Source: Desulfobacterales bacterium
GTDB lineage: Bacteria > Desulfobacterota > Desulfobacteria > Desulfobacterales > JAAELO01
Direction: 5' to 3'
Assembly (NCBI GenBank): GCA_024226555.1
Contig: JAAELO010000754.1
Location: 41,222 to 105,221, forward strand
Length of the DNA stretch: 64,000 bases
Shown here in pieces: positions 8,336-18,086 of the stretch. Position 1 is the stretch's first letter. Each line of letters starts with the position of its first letter. The position numbers and the translations under genes are program-made. The notes under the pieces were generated by a model. That model had not been told where the DNA came from, ran no database searches, and saw only the letters and a list, made by a program, of their open reading frames with translations.

Positions 8336-9244
8336 ATGATAAGGGATACTTATGACATGATGCATCTTGAAATCAAACACCTAAGAATGATCCGTATGAT
8401 CGCATTGACAAATAACTTAACACGGGCAGCAGAAAAACTGTTTATCTCCCAACCTGCTCTTTCCCAACAACTGAAAGATATTGAGTCAAAGTTAGGTACT
8501 GTACTTTTCACAAGAACCGGTAAAAATATGATCCTGACGCGTGTTGGGAAAAAGCTTTTGAACTATTCTAAAATAATAATTGATCAAATTGAAGAAGCTG
8601 AACTTGAGGTCCAAAAGAGTGTTAATGGAGAGGAAGGTGAACTGAAAATAGGTGTACGATGCCTATATTGTTATAAATGGCTTCCTGGAGTTATTAAACT
8701 TTTTCAGGATAAATACCCAAATATAGATATATCTATCGGCAACTCTTTTGATCCTGAAAAGGATATTATCTCAAAACTATACGATATTGCTATTGCAACA
8801 TCTCCTGTTCTGAATAAAAAAATAGCTTCAACTCCCTTGTTTGAAGATGAATTCCTGTGCACCATGTCGGATGAACATCCCCTGAGCAAAAAGAAGTATT
8901 TGGATTATAAAGATTTTCATGGGGTTGATATGATCTCAATGGTGGATAAAGCAGGTCCCTCTTTTTACAACTTATTTTTAAAAAGCAAAGGGGTGAAACC
9001 AGGAAGGTATATGACGATTACCTATCCTGATGCTGTTGTGGATCTTGTTGAAGCAGGTCTGGGAATAGCAATTTTACCCAAATGGTTTATATCTCCATAT
9101 ACGAAAAAGAAGCAAATTAAAACATGTCACCTGACTTCAAAGAAAACGCTACTTACATGGAAAGCAAGTTTTCTAAATGAGAAATCAACTTCATACCAGA
9201 AAGAGTTTATAAAAATTATTACTTCCTATCCGATTATAAATTAA
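8336..9244 (+). CDS. LysR-family transcriptional regulator (start may be at an in-frame ATG at 8357 or 8360)
   Basis: The N-terminal HTH is LEIKHLRMIRMIALTNNLTRAAEKLFISQPALSQQLKDIE, followed by a LysR substrate-binding domain. Confidence 0.85.
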   Translation: MIRDTYDMMHLEIKHLRMIRMIALTNNLTRAAEKLFISQPALSQQLKDIESKLGTVLFTRTGKNMILTRVGKKLLNYSKIIIDQIEEAELEVQKSVNGEEGELKIGVRCLYCYKWLPGVIKLFQDKYPNIDISIGNSFDPEKDIISKLYDIAIATSPVLNKKIASTPLFEDEFLCTMSDEHPLSKKKYLDYKDFHGVDMISMVDKAGPSFYNLFLKSKGVKPGRYMTITYPDAVVDLVEAGLGIAILPKWFISPYTKKKQIKTCHLTSKKTLLTWKASFLNEKSTSYQKEFIKIITSYPIIN

Positions 9245-9270
9245 AGCACATCTATCTTTAAACTATCAAA

Positions 9271-9342
9271 AATTCTAATAATTAAGATTCCCATAAGGTA
9301 AATTTATAAAAAGATATCTACTGTAAATTATTAGAGGTTTCC
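9271..9342 (-). repeat. short repeat remnant with two TIR-like ends (AATTCTAATAATTAAGATTCCC; AATTATTAGAGGTTTCC)
   Basis: Both TIR-like motifs occur within 72 bp between LysR and the macro-domain gene. Confidence 0.6.
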
Positions 9343-9347
9343 TCAAA

Positions 9348-10526
9348 TTAACTGTATTCACCAATTACTTCTATCACGCCCACGATATTACTATTCAACC
9401 CATCAAGATCTTCTGCCGGAATCCACCATTCAATATGATTTTGACCACCAACTTGTTGAATCTTATAGTTATCCATAAACTCTTTCTTTACTTCAAATCT
9501 TGTTACATAGCCAACTTTACTGTCCCGGATATTCCACTTCACAGCAATTTCTTTGGCATACTCCTCATTGGTAACAGGGTAGAAAATGGGTTGCTCCTTT
9601 AAACGCTCAGGCCATTTTCTATATCCACTTTCTTCTACAAGTTTGAGCTCATTCGGTCCTGTAGGCCTGTATAATGTTATAGTTTTCATGTTCATTTCTT
9701 TTAATTTTAACCCGAACTTTTCCAAAAAAGCATTGTGAATGTTCTGATTATTAGTTTTTATAGCAAATACGATTTTCTTAAATCTGTTTTTAAAAGTCTC
9801 ATTTAGCATAATCTGTTCAAACCATGATTCAGCAATTTCAACAGGATTATTCTTAAATACTCCACAACCCCAGGCACCCAAAATAAGAACATCACTATCA
9901 TTGTGAGCTGCTACAGCAAGTACATTACCCATGCGATTCAACATTGTTGATTTAATGCTCTTAACTTTATTTCTCTCATTTTTTGCAACTGCTCCTGCAT
10001 TAACAGCAGGTGCGGTGATAAAAGAGGTCTGAAAATTTTCTATAAGATTATCATCTTCATCTCTGAAAACAGGTGATTCCGGTGTATATATTAAATAATC
10101 TGAATACAGTGAAGTTCTGCAATTCCTATTATATTCATAATATTCCATATTCTCTATAAGTGATAAATACAGCCCCGAAGATCTTGCTAAAACCTCCTCC
10201 TGTGCCTGGCTACCACCTATAAAGCCACCACCCGGATTTTTTGCTGATGCAAAGTTCAAACAGGTAACATTCTTATAATCTTTTGCAACTCTATGTGCGG
10301 CCTCAAGTGTAGACTCATTAGTGACTTCAATTTCAGTTTCATTTATTTCAGTTTTTAAGTCGTTTATTACATCTCTAAAATCATCTGGTTTATAAAGCAT
10401 TGTGTTCTCAACACTACTTTTCAATATTTCACTAATATCAATTTTCAATTCATTTTTATAATAGAAACCATCTTCAAGTATTTGTAAGGTTTTCTGTGCT
10501 ATATCTGCTCTTTGCTTTCTGTTCAT
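9348..10526 (-). CDS. macro-domain-like (TIGR02452/DUF2263, PARG-related) protein fused to an unrecognised ~130-aa C-terminal domain
   Basis: 392 aa. LNFASAKNPGGGFIGGSQAQEEVLARSSGLY and VLILGAWGCGVFKN match the DUF2263 macro-like signature. The C-terminal 130 residues (TITLYRPTGPNELKLVEESGYRKWP...IFYPV...HIEWWIPAEDL) match no family I can name. Confidence 0.55.
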   Translation of the reverse strand: MNRKQRADIAQKTLQILEDGFYYKNELKIDISEILKSSVENTMLYKPDDFRDVINDLKTEINETEIEVTNESTLEAAHRVAKDYKNVTCLNFASAKNPGGGFIGGSQAQEEVLARSSGLYLSLIENMEYYEYNRNCRTSLYSDYLIYTPESPVFRDEDDNLIENFQTSFITAPAVNAGAVAKNERNKVKSIKSTMLNRMGNVLAVAAHNDSDVLILGAWGCGVFKNNPVEIAESWFEQIMLNETFKNRFKKIVFAIKTNNQNIHNAFLEKFGLKLKEMNMKTITLYRPTGPNELKLVEESGYRKWPERLKEQPIFYPVTNEEYAKEIAVKWNIRDSKVGYVTRFEVKKEFMDNYKIQQVGGQNHIEWWIPAEDLDGLNSNIVGVIEVIGEYS

Positions 10527-10595
10527 TTTCTTTTCCTAAAATAATAGTGTTTAATCAACACTATCTATATAGTGTAGTCAATACACTTTGTCAAG

Positions 10596-11099
10596 TTGTT
10601 AAATATAATCATTGTTCATGAAACACTTTATAAATCAAAAAATCTCGCATACATTTCTGTATACAATTATGTTCATGAATTAACGAGCTACCTTGTACAA
10701 TCATATGAAGCACCAGCTACTGTCAACCTGAATATAGATATTAATCATATTGATCTACCAATCGATACTGCCATTCCATGCGGCCTGATTATTACCGAAA
10801 TTGTAACAAACTCACTAAAGTATGCATTTCCATCTGTTGCTGACGATTGTAGAGATAATGAGAATAACTTTGAAATTTCACTATCCATGCAGGAAAAAGA
10901 GGGGGTTATAATCCTTATAGTTTCAGATAACGGAACCGGACTGCCTGTTGAAATAAATCTGCAGGAACCGGCTTCCCTTGGTCTGAGACTTATAAAACTT
11001 ATTTCAGAACACCAGCTTCACGCCAATCTGGAAATAGATACAGACAGCGGCATTGCATATACTCTGAAATTCTTAAAAAATATACATAACGAGGACTGA
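10596..11099 (+). pseudogene. 5'-truncated HisKA_2/HWE-type sensor kinase remnant (ATPase half only)
   Basis: The ORF starts at the post-H-box HETLY motif and continues through the N-box (GLIITEIVTNSLKYAF) and G-boxes (DNGTGLP; GLGLRLI). No phospho-acceptor His region or sensor domain is present. Only 69 bp separate it from the neighbouring convergent gene. Confidence 0.45.
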
Positions 11100-11103
11100 A
11101 ACC

Positions 11104-13059
11104 ATGCCTGATGAACTTATAATGATTGTTGAAGACGAAGCAATAATTGCAGTAAACATCAAGAATATCATTGAAAAAGCAGGTTACCCTGTTCTTCCCC
11201 CCGTATCGACAGGTAAGGCGGCACTTGCTTTAGTCGATTCAAAGTGTCCGGATCTTGTGTTGATGGACATTAATCTTATCGGAAAAATGAATGGAATTGA
11301 AACTGCTGAGCAAATAAGAGAAAAAACCGAAATCCCAATCGTATACCTGACTGCTCATTCAGATGACGAACTGATAAAAACAGCCTGGCTAACAGAGCCA
11401 TATGGTTATTTGATAAAACCGGTCGATTCGAGAGAACTTCTGGTAACAATTAAAATGGCTTTGTACAAAAACAATGTCGACAAAAGACTGAGGGAAAACG
11501 AAAAGAAATTAGCTGTATCGAACAAACTTCTGTCAATAATTCTCGAACACACCCCTGTATTAACAGCATTTATGGATAACGAATTCAATTTTATCAAAGT
11601 AAATCGTGCGTATGCTGAGGCTGATCTCCATGATGTCGCATTCTTTTCCGGAAAAAACCATTTCGAACTCTACCCTGATGAAGAAAACAAGGCGATATTT
11701 AAGCGTGTTGTGGATACAGGTGAACCATTTTTTATAGTGGACAAACCTTTCGACTATCCTGATAACCCTGAGCGCGGAACAACATACTGGGACTGGAGCC
11801 TGGTACCTGTAAAGGATAATACAGGTAATATGAACGGACTCGTATTAACCCTTGCAGATGTGACCCAACGTAAACTGATGGAAGAGGAAAAGAAAAAGTT
11901 TGAAAAACAAAGCTGGCAGATCAAAAAGTCAGAAAGTCTGGGACGAATGGCCGGTGCTATAGCTCATAACTTTAATAATCAGCTTGGTGTTGTAATTGGT
12001 AATCTGGAAATGGTTATGGATGATTTACCATCTGAAATACCGGAACGTGAAAAAATAGGAGAAGCCTATTGTGCTGCAAATCTATCTGCTGACATCAGTC
12101 GTCTGATGCTGGCCTACTTAGGGCAAACTGCGGTGAGCAAAAAGCCGGTTAACCTTTCTGATATCTGCCGACTCAATTTACCTTTGATGCAGGAAATTAT
12201 TACCGAAAAGATATTACTTGAAACTGAATTAATGGATTTTGGCCCGACCATTTTTTCAACCTCCGACCAGATAAAACAGACCCTAACGCACATGGTCACC
12301 AATGCAGCAGAAGCCATTGGAGATAGAAGCGGCAATATTGCCATAAGAACAAAACTTTTATCGAAAACTGACATACCTGAAGATAATATTGTTCCTCCTG
12401 ACTGGCAACCGGGCAAAGACAAATACGCATGCCTTGAAGTAACAGATTCCGGGTGCGGTATAGATAACGAGAATTTAGAAAATATTTTTGATCCTTTTTT
12501 CACCACGAAATTTTCCGGGCGGGGACTTGGGCTTGCGGTGGTTTTTGGTATGGCGAGGCAAATAAACGGGGCCCTTAACGTAGAAAGCAGAATAGGAGCT
12601 GGAACCACCTTCAAGGTTTTTTTTCCTGTTGCGGAAAACACTGTTTCAGAAATTTCACAAAACACCCGTTCTTTCGGAAACATAAGAAAGGGAAATACAC
12701 TCCTGTTTATTGATGATGAAGCTATGATACGAAATATGGCCAGTAAAATGATTAGTCGGCTTGGATATTCAGTTCTTGAAGCAATGAACGGGGAAGAGGC
12801 AATAGAGCTTTTCATAAAGCACCAGAATGAAATTAACTGCGTCATTACAGATCTGACTATGCCCAATATGGATGGGTGGCAAATAATTAATGCCCTCTGT
12901 AGTATTGCCCCTGATATTCCAATTATTATGTCCAGCGGCTACGATGAAGCTGAGGTGATGAAAGATGCACAGTTATACGACCCAATAGCTTTTCTTCATA
13001 AACCGTATGTATTATCCGATCTGAAAGCGGCACTCGATTTGGCAATAAATAAATCTTAG
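11104..13059 (+). CDS. hybrid two-component protein: REC - PAS - HisKA - HATPase - REC
   Basis: N-terminal receiver (IMIVEDEAI...LVLMDINL...YLIKP), H-box AGAIAHNFNNQLGVVIG, G-boxes DSGCGI and GRGLGLAVV, and a C-terminal receiver (LLFIDDEAMIR...ITDLTMPNMDG...LHKP). Confidence 0.85.
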   Translation: MPDELIMIVEDEAIIAVNIKNIIEKAGYPVLPPVSTGKAALALVDSKCPDLVLMDINLIGKMNGIETAEQIREKTEIPIVYLTAHSDDELIKTAWLTEPYGYLIKPVDSRELLVTIKMALYKNNVDKRLRENEKKLAVSNKLLSIILEHTPVLTAFMDNEFNFIKVNRAYAEADLHDVAFFSGKNHFELYPDEENKAIFKRVVDTGEPFFIVDKPFDYPDNPERGTTYWDWSLVPVKDNTGNMNGLVLTLADVTQRKLMEEEKKKFEKQSWQIKKSESLGRMAGAIAHNFNNQLGVVIGNLEMVMDDLPSEIPEREKIGEAYCAANLSADISRLMLAYLGQTAVSKKPVNLSDICRLNLPLMQEIITEKILLETELMDFGPTIFSTSDQIKQTLTHMVTNAAEAIGDRSGNIAIRTKLLSKTDIPEDNIVPPDWQPGKDKYACLEVTDSGCGIDNENLENIFDPFFTTKFSGRGLGLAVVFGMARQINGALNVESRIGAGTTFKVFFPVAENTVSEISQNTRSFGNIRKGNTLLFIDDEAMIRNMASKMISRLGYSVLEAMNGEEAIELFIKHQNEINCVITDLTMPNMDGWQIINALCSIAPDIPIIMSSGYDEAEVMKDAQLYDPIAFLHKPYVLSDLKAALDLAINKS

Positions 13060-13204
13060 GCCAGTATAGAAAACATGACAAACTATATATGGGCTTGACA
13101 GACAACATACATCGGAACTGATTTGGGACGTCCGTGACATAGATTCTAATAGTCTTTTCATCCAAGCCAATGTTACTTACAAAATACCCTCGCGCCCAAA
13201 AGGG

Positions 13205-13270
13205 TTTTATTACAGTTTTTTTTGGAAAAAACGCAGTATTTCGTCAAAAGATCAGTTATTAGAGATTCCC
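13205..13270 (+). repeat. partial repeat (right half of module A, ending CAGTTATTAGAGATTCCC)
   Basis: ttttattacagttttttttggaaaaaacgcagtatttcgtcaaaagatcagttattagagattcccc. Confidence 0.7.
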
Positions 13271-13330
13271 CAATGAAAGACCTTCTTTTTACTGTTTTCT
13301 AAGTTTATGACCTGATTAAAGGCTAAAGAT

Positions 13331-14215
13331 TTATTCTTTTCCTGATTCTTCCTTTTTCTTTTTTACCTTATCAAGATACATATTTTCATCAGCCAACGAA
13401 ATCAATTTGTCAGGTTCAATAGTTTGGCTGTGATCAAATTGTGTAAATCCAAAACTAAAATCAACGGGAATTCCTTGAATTTTTGTACTCTTAAGCTCTT
13501 TATTTAGTCTTTTGACCAAATTATCTGCTTTTTCCATAGTAGTATTTAAAAAAAGGAGCATAAATTCATCTCCACCCATTCGAAACAGATAATCATACAC
13601 TCGAATATTGTTTTTCAGAGCTTCAACAACAGTCGTTATAAGCAGATCCCCTGACGAATGACCGAAAGTATCATTGATCTTTTTGAGATTATCAATATCA
13701 ATATAGCAGAGTATAAAATCCTGTTTTTCTCTTACTGCAATGTTTATTTGCTTTTCTAAAACCTGAAAAGCAAATCTTCGGTTATAAACACCAGTCATCT
13801 CATCTGTTATCGACATGTTTGCTAATTTATCCATTGTCCTTTTCAACCTTATATGCACTTTAACCCTGGCGACGACTTCCTCTTTAAAGATGGGTTTAGT
13901 AATATAATCAACTCCTCCGGCCTGAAATGCTTTAATAAGATAGTCTGTTTCTGTTAATGCGGTGATAAATATTATTGGAATTTCTCTATATATCTCAATC
14001 TCTTTTATTTTTTTGCAGGTTTGAATCCCATCCATTCCAGGCATCATAATATCAAGAAGGATTAAATCCGGTTTGTTATCATTCAAATATTTAAGAGTTT
14101 CTTCACCACTTCTTGAAAAAGCTGTTCTATAGTTCTCATTTTTTAAAAGAGATCCAACAACTTTGAGATTATGAGTGTTATCATCTACAATTAGAATTAA
14201 TGCATTTCTATCCAT
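13331..14215 (-). CDS. response regulator - GGDEF diguanylate cyclase (PleD/WspR-like)
   Basis: The receiver has LILIVDDNTHN...LILLDIMMPGMDG. The cyclase domain carries an intact GGDEF motif (RMGGDEFMLLF). Confidence 0.9.
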   Translation of the reverse strand: MDRNALILIVDDNTHNLKVVGSLLKNENYRTAFSRSGEETLKYLNDNKPDLILLDIMMPGMDGIQTCKKIKEIEIYREIPIIFITALTETDYLIKAFQAGGVDYITKPIFKEEVVARVKVHIRLKRTMDKLANMSITDEMTGVYNRRFAFQVLEKQINIAVREKQDFILCYIDIDNLKKINDTFGHSSGDLLITTVVEALKNNIRVYDYLFRMGGDEFMLLFLNTTMEKADNLVKRLNKELKSTKIQGIPVDFSFGFTQFDHSQTIEPDKLISLADENMYLDKVKKKKEESGKE

Positions 14216-14217
14216 TT

Positions 14218-15513
14218 TTAGTTACCTCTTAACTTTCGGGAAGAACCTTCAATTATGTGTTCTTTAGGGAAACCAATTTTAACAATTGCCCCCTTGTTTC
14301 GTCCAGGGCTGTTTATTTCAAAGACACCCTTTCTTTTTTCAACAAAATCTTTACAATAATACAACCCAAAACCGGAGGAATTACTATTTGACTCTCCAAA
14401 TTTAACAATTTTATTAATTTGTTCCGGTTCAATACCAATCCCATTATCTGCGATTGTAAAAAATAGAAAATCATTTTCCATGAATGAATTAATTTTTAAC
14501 CTTCTATTTTCAGCTAAATTTGAAACTGCTTCAAAACTGTTTTTAATTAGATTAATAATGACCTGCATTATTCTACCCTTGTCTATAATCAGCCTTGGTA
14601 ATTTATCATCCAGTTCAATATCTATAATTACTCCCTTTTTTTCTGCTGTAACAAGTTGCATATTAGCCGCATCTTTAATTATCAAATTAAGATCTTCATA
14701 GGTTTCATATCCTCTTGTTGAGTATTCTCCCTGAAAAGTTAATATTTCAGATATATGAGCAATTGTTTTGTTCATTTTTTTAAAAATTGTTTCTCTTTTT
14801 TTATGTTCTTCAGAAAGTGCATTTATAAGTTCACCAAGATATGAAAAAACCTCTACCCCTCTTTTATTATCATTAATATAGGAGGTGATGTCACCACGAT
14901 TCTTTTGGAGATCTTCATAACAGGAATTTATGTAATTAATAGTTTCTCCGGCTTCGTTATTAAGTATATTATCAATATCAATTTTAACTGGTGTTATGGC
15001 ATTTCCAATATTATGAAGAACCATAGCTGCAACCTGTGCACTTCCCGAATCAATAGCTCTGTTTATAAGTTCATTTCTGGTTCTTTCAATCTCCCTTGAT
15101 TTCTCTTCACTTATAAGAGCTTTTTTTAGTTTAAGATGAGTATTTACACGTGATTTAAATATAGCGGGTTTAAATGGTTTGCTTATATAATCTACTGCCC
15201 CGAGATCCAGTCCCTTGGATTCACTTTCATCATCATCAACTGCTGTAACAAAAATTATTGGTATTTCGCGTGTTTCAATCCGGTCTTTGAGCTTCCTACA
15301 AACTTCATAGCCATCAATGTTAGGCATCATGACATCAAGTAGAATAAGATCAACTAATTTTTTGTCCAGAAAAGCAAGTGCCTGTTCACCACTTTGAGCA
15401 AAAACAAACTTATAACCTATCTCTTTAATAATACTACCCATAATTTTAAGATTATTGGGATTATCATCCACAATTAATACTACTAAATCTTCATTTTTCA
15501 TTGTGGTCTCCAT
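14218..15513 (-). CDS. response regulator - histidine kinase fusion (REC-HK)
   Basis: The receiver has VVLIVDDNPNN...LILLDVMMPNIDG. An H-box-like segment AAMVLHNIGNAI and the C-terminal HATPase motifs DNGIGI and GFGLYYC are present. The start may be the internal Met at 15501. Confidence 0.8.
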   Translation of the reverse strand: METTMKNEDLVVLIVDDNPNNLKIMGSIIKEIGYKFVFAQSGEQALAFLDKKLVDLILLDVMMPNIDGYEVCRKLKDRIETREIPIIFVTAVDDDESESKGLDLGAVDYISKPFKPAIFKSRVNTHLKLKKALISEEKSREIERTRNELINRAIDSGSAQVAAMVLHNIGNAITPVKIDIDNILNNEAGETINYINSCYEDLQKNRGDITSYINDNKRGVEVFSYLGELINALSEEHKKRETIFKKMNKTIAHISEILTFQGEYSTRGYETYEDLNLIIKDAANMQLVTAEKKGVIIDIELDDKLPRLIIDKGRIMQVIINLIKNSFEAVSNLAENRRLKINSFMENDFLFFTIADNGIGIEPEQINKIVKFGESNSNSSGFGLYYCKDFVEKRKGVFEINSPGRNKGAIVKIGFPKEHIIEGSSRKLRGN

Positions 15514-18085
15514 TCATTTGCAGGATTGAACCGGATAACTCCTTAAAATAATATATTGATTCATATATCTTTTCTATATCAAGATTGTTAATATCCTTTA
15601 GTAAATTTTCAGAATACTCTTTTAAAAAAACAGATGAATGCAACTCAGAAAGGTCAAAGATTTTCTTAGCAAATTTATCTACTGTATCAATCTCTATTGC
15701 ACCTTTTAATTCCTCAGATTCAGGAATTAAATCATTTTTAAGAATTGAACATAATTCCGAAAGATTTTTGATATCAATATTTACCACGGATTCTATATTT
15801 TCCTGAGTTTTTGATCTGTTTTTATTCTTCTTTAAAGCAAGAAAATGAGATATTTCTTTTAAAAGGTCAATAATTATGACTGGTTTAAAAAGATACCCAT
15901 CACAACCAAACTCCTTACTATAATTGTTTTTAACATCAAGTGAAGCAGTAACTGCAATAACAGGTATTTCACAGGTATCCTTGTTTTTTTTAAGTCGTTT
16001 GGTTGCTTCATACCCATCCATTACCGGCATTCTGATATCCATTAAAATGAGATCCGGTTTATGTTCCTCTGTTAATGAAAGAACTTCTTTTCCATTCTTT
16101 GCTTCTATTATGATCAGGTTTGTTTTCTTAAGTGCCTCTTTTATAAGAAATCGGTTTGATTTATTATCATCAGCAACAATAACTTTAGCTGATTTAAATT
16201 TGTAACTATAATAATCAGATATTTCTCTGGGTTCAGTTTTAAAATCCCCGGTGGCCAAAGTTTTAACTGATCTCAATGTTATTTCAAATGTACTTCCTTT
16301 TCCTTCTTCACTCACTAAGCTTATTTTTCCATTCATTAATTCAGAAAGGCGTTTGCTTATTGTAAGTCCCAACCCTGTTCCACCATAAGCTCTGGTTATT
16401 TCACCATCCTGCTGTTGAAATGATTCAAAAATAAGCTTCTGCTTATCCTCAGGTACTCCAATCCCAGTGTCTTCCACATAAATAACAAGGTCAGCTTTGT
16501 CAGATGTTCTGTTTATTGTTTTGGCTGAAAGTTTAATATATCCACTATTTGTAAATTTTGTTGCATTGCCTACCAGATTAACAAGTATTTGCTTCACCCG
16601 GACTTCATCAAGCATCATGTTTTCAATTTCATTTTCAAAATCTATAAAGAAGTTAAGTTTCTTTTCCTCTATTTTTAATTTAAAAAGTTGTCTGACTTCT
16701 TTAAAAATAAAATTCAGATTTGAGGGATAATATTGTATTTCAAATCTTCCTGCTTCTATTTTTGAAAGGTCCAGAATATCATTAATCAAATTAAGAAGAC
16801 TTTTCCCTGCTGTTTGAACAGATTCAAGGTAACTCATTTTAATCTTATCTTTTTCCATGTTGTATAAAAGATCACTGAAACCTATGACTGAATTCAAGGG
16901 AGTTCGTATTTCATGACTCATATTTGCAAGAAATTCGCTTTTAGCACGATTTGCTGATTCAGCATCTTCCTTTGCGAGCTTCATATCTTCTTCAGCTTTT
17001 TTAAGATCAAGTATTTTACTTTTTAAATTTTTATTAACATAGGAGAGCTCATTTGTTCTTTCTCTTACCTGCTCTTCCAGATATTCCCGACTCTCTCTTA
17101 AAGATACTTCACGCTTATCCAGTTCATTTGCAAGTATTTCCAATTCATCTCCGGTTCCAACAGGACTATATATCTGATCTTTATTATCAGCCGACATAGA
17201 AATTTTTTGAACCATTTCCAGAATAGGATTAGCAAGACTATTACCTAATTTTACAGAGATAAAAAAAGCAATAGCAAGAAAAAAAATACCTACCAGTAGA
17301 AGTTTAAATACAATTATTATTACTAAATCTATATATTTTGTTTCAAGTGCACCAATCTCGATTTTCATTTTAAGGTGTTTTAGATTTATCAGTTTACTTT
17401 CCGGTAGATGGTTTATCTCAAAATAATCCTCTTTATCATAATAGTTATGGGAAACAAGAAGAGTTTTATCCGAATAAAGTTTGTAATAGTCTGTTTTCTC
17501 ATGGGTAAAATATTGCGATATAATGTCTTCTGTATCAATCTCGGCAATAATTGCACCAATCGGAGTTTGGTAATGCATTATCGGTTCAATGATCACAAAA
17601 TTATGTGTGTTTTTCTGTATTGTTATCATACTGTGACCCGTTTCAAGGGTTGGCCTTAAATACAATATTTTACGATAATCAGGAGGGTTTTTCAGATTTG
17701 AATATATGATTACTCCTGAATAATCAACAACTGTCAGTGAATGAATACTTTGCATTTTACTGAAATCGTCAACCATTCTTTTCAGATAAAGGTCTCTCTC
17801 CTTAGGATGAACAATACTATTTATTATGAAATGATTTTTACTGAAGTTATTAACAATTTCAACAAAATGAGTAACTCTTTGTTCCATAGCATTAAAGACA
17901 TGATCAGCTCTTAAATACAGGGAATTATTTAGTTCCATTTTTATTCCATTAATATTTAAAACTGCAACTATTAAAATTATCATAGCCAGCATTACCGTAG
18001 CGCCACTCAGAAAATATCCGACGATACGTCTTCTCAACTTTCTTCGTGGTAATAATATGCGCTGTTTATACGACTTTTGTACCAT
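15491..18085 (-). CDS. hybrid sensor histidine kinase (periplasmic sensor, HAMP, coiled coil, HisKA, HATPase, REC)
   Basis: 864 aa with two TM segments around a periplasmic domain of about 200 aa. The H-box is MSHEIRTPLNSVIG, G-boxes are DTGIGV and GGTGLGLTIS, and the receiver has KVIVADDNKSN...LILMDIRMPVMDG. Confidence 0.85.
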   Translation of the reverse strand: MVQKSYKQRILLPRRKLRRRIVGYFLSGATVMLAMIILIVAVLNINGIKMELNNSLYLRADHVFNAMEQRVTHFVEIVNNFSKNHFIINSIVHPKERDLYLKRMVDDFSKMQSIHSLTVVDYSGVIIYSNLKNPPDYRKILYLRPTLETGHSMITIQKNTHNFVIIEPIMHYQTPIGAIIAEIDTEDIISQYFTHEKTDYYKLYSDKTLLVSHNYYDKEDYFEINHLPESKLINLKHLKMKIEIGALETKYIDLVIIIVFKLLLVGIFFLAIAFFISVKLGNSLANPILEMVQKISMSADNKDQIYSPVGTGDELEILANELDKREVSLRESREYLEEQVRERTNELSYVNKNLKSKILDLKKAEEDMKLAKEDAESANRAKSEFLANMSHEIRTPLNSVIGFSDLLYNMEKDKIKMSYLESVQTAGKSLLNLINDILDLSKIEAGRFEIQYYPSNLNFIFKEVRQLFKLKIEEKKLNFFIDFENEIENMMLDEVRVKQILVNLVGNATKFTNSGYIKLSAKTINRTSDKADLVIYVEDTGIGVPEDKQKLIFESFQQQDGEITRAYGGTGLGLTISKRLSELMNGKISLVSEEGKGSTFEITLRSVKTLATGDFKTEPREISDYYSYKFKSAKVIVADDNKSNRFLIKEALKKTNLIIIEAKNGKEVLSLTEEHKPDLILMDIRMPVMDGYEATKRLKKNKDTCEIPVIAVTASLDVKNNYSKEFGCDGYLFKPVIIIDLLKEISHFLALKKNKNRSKTQENIESVVNIDIKNLSELCSILKNDLIPESEELKGAIEIDTVDKFAKKIFDLSELHSSVFLKEYSENLLKDINNLDIEKIYESIYYFKELSGSILQMNGDHNEK

Positions 18086-18086
18086 A

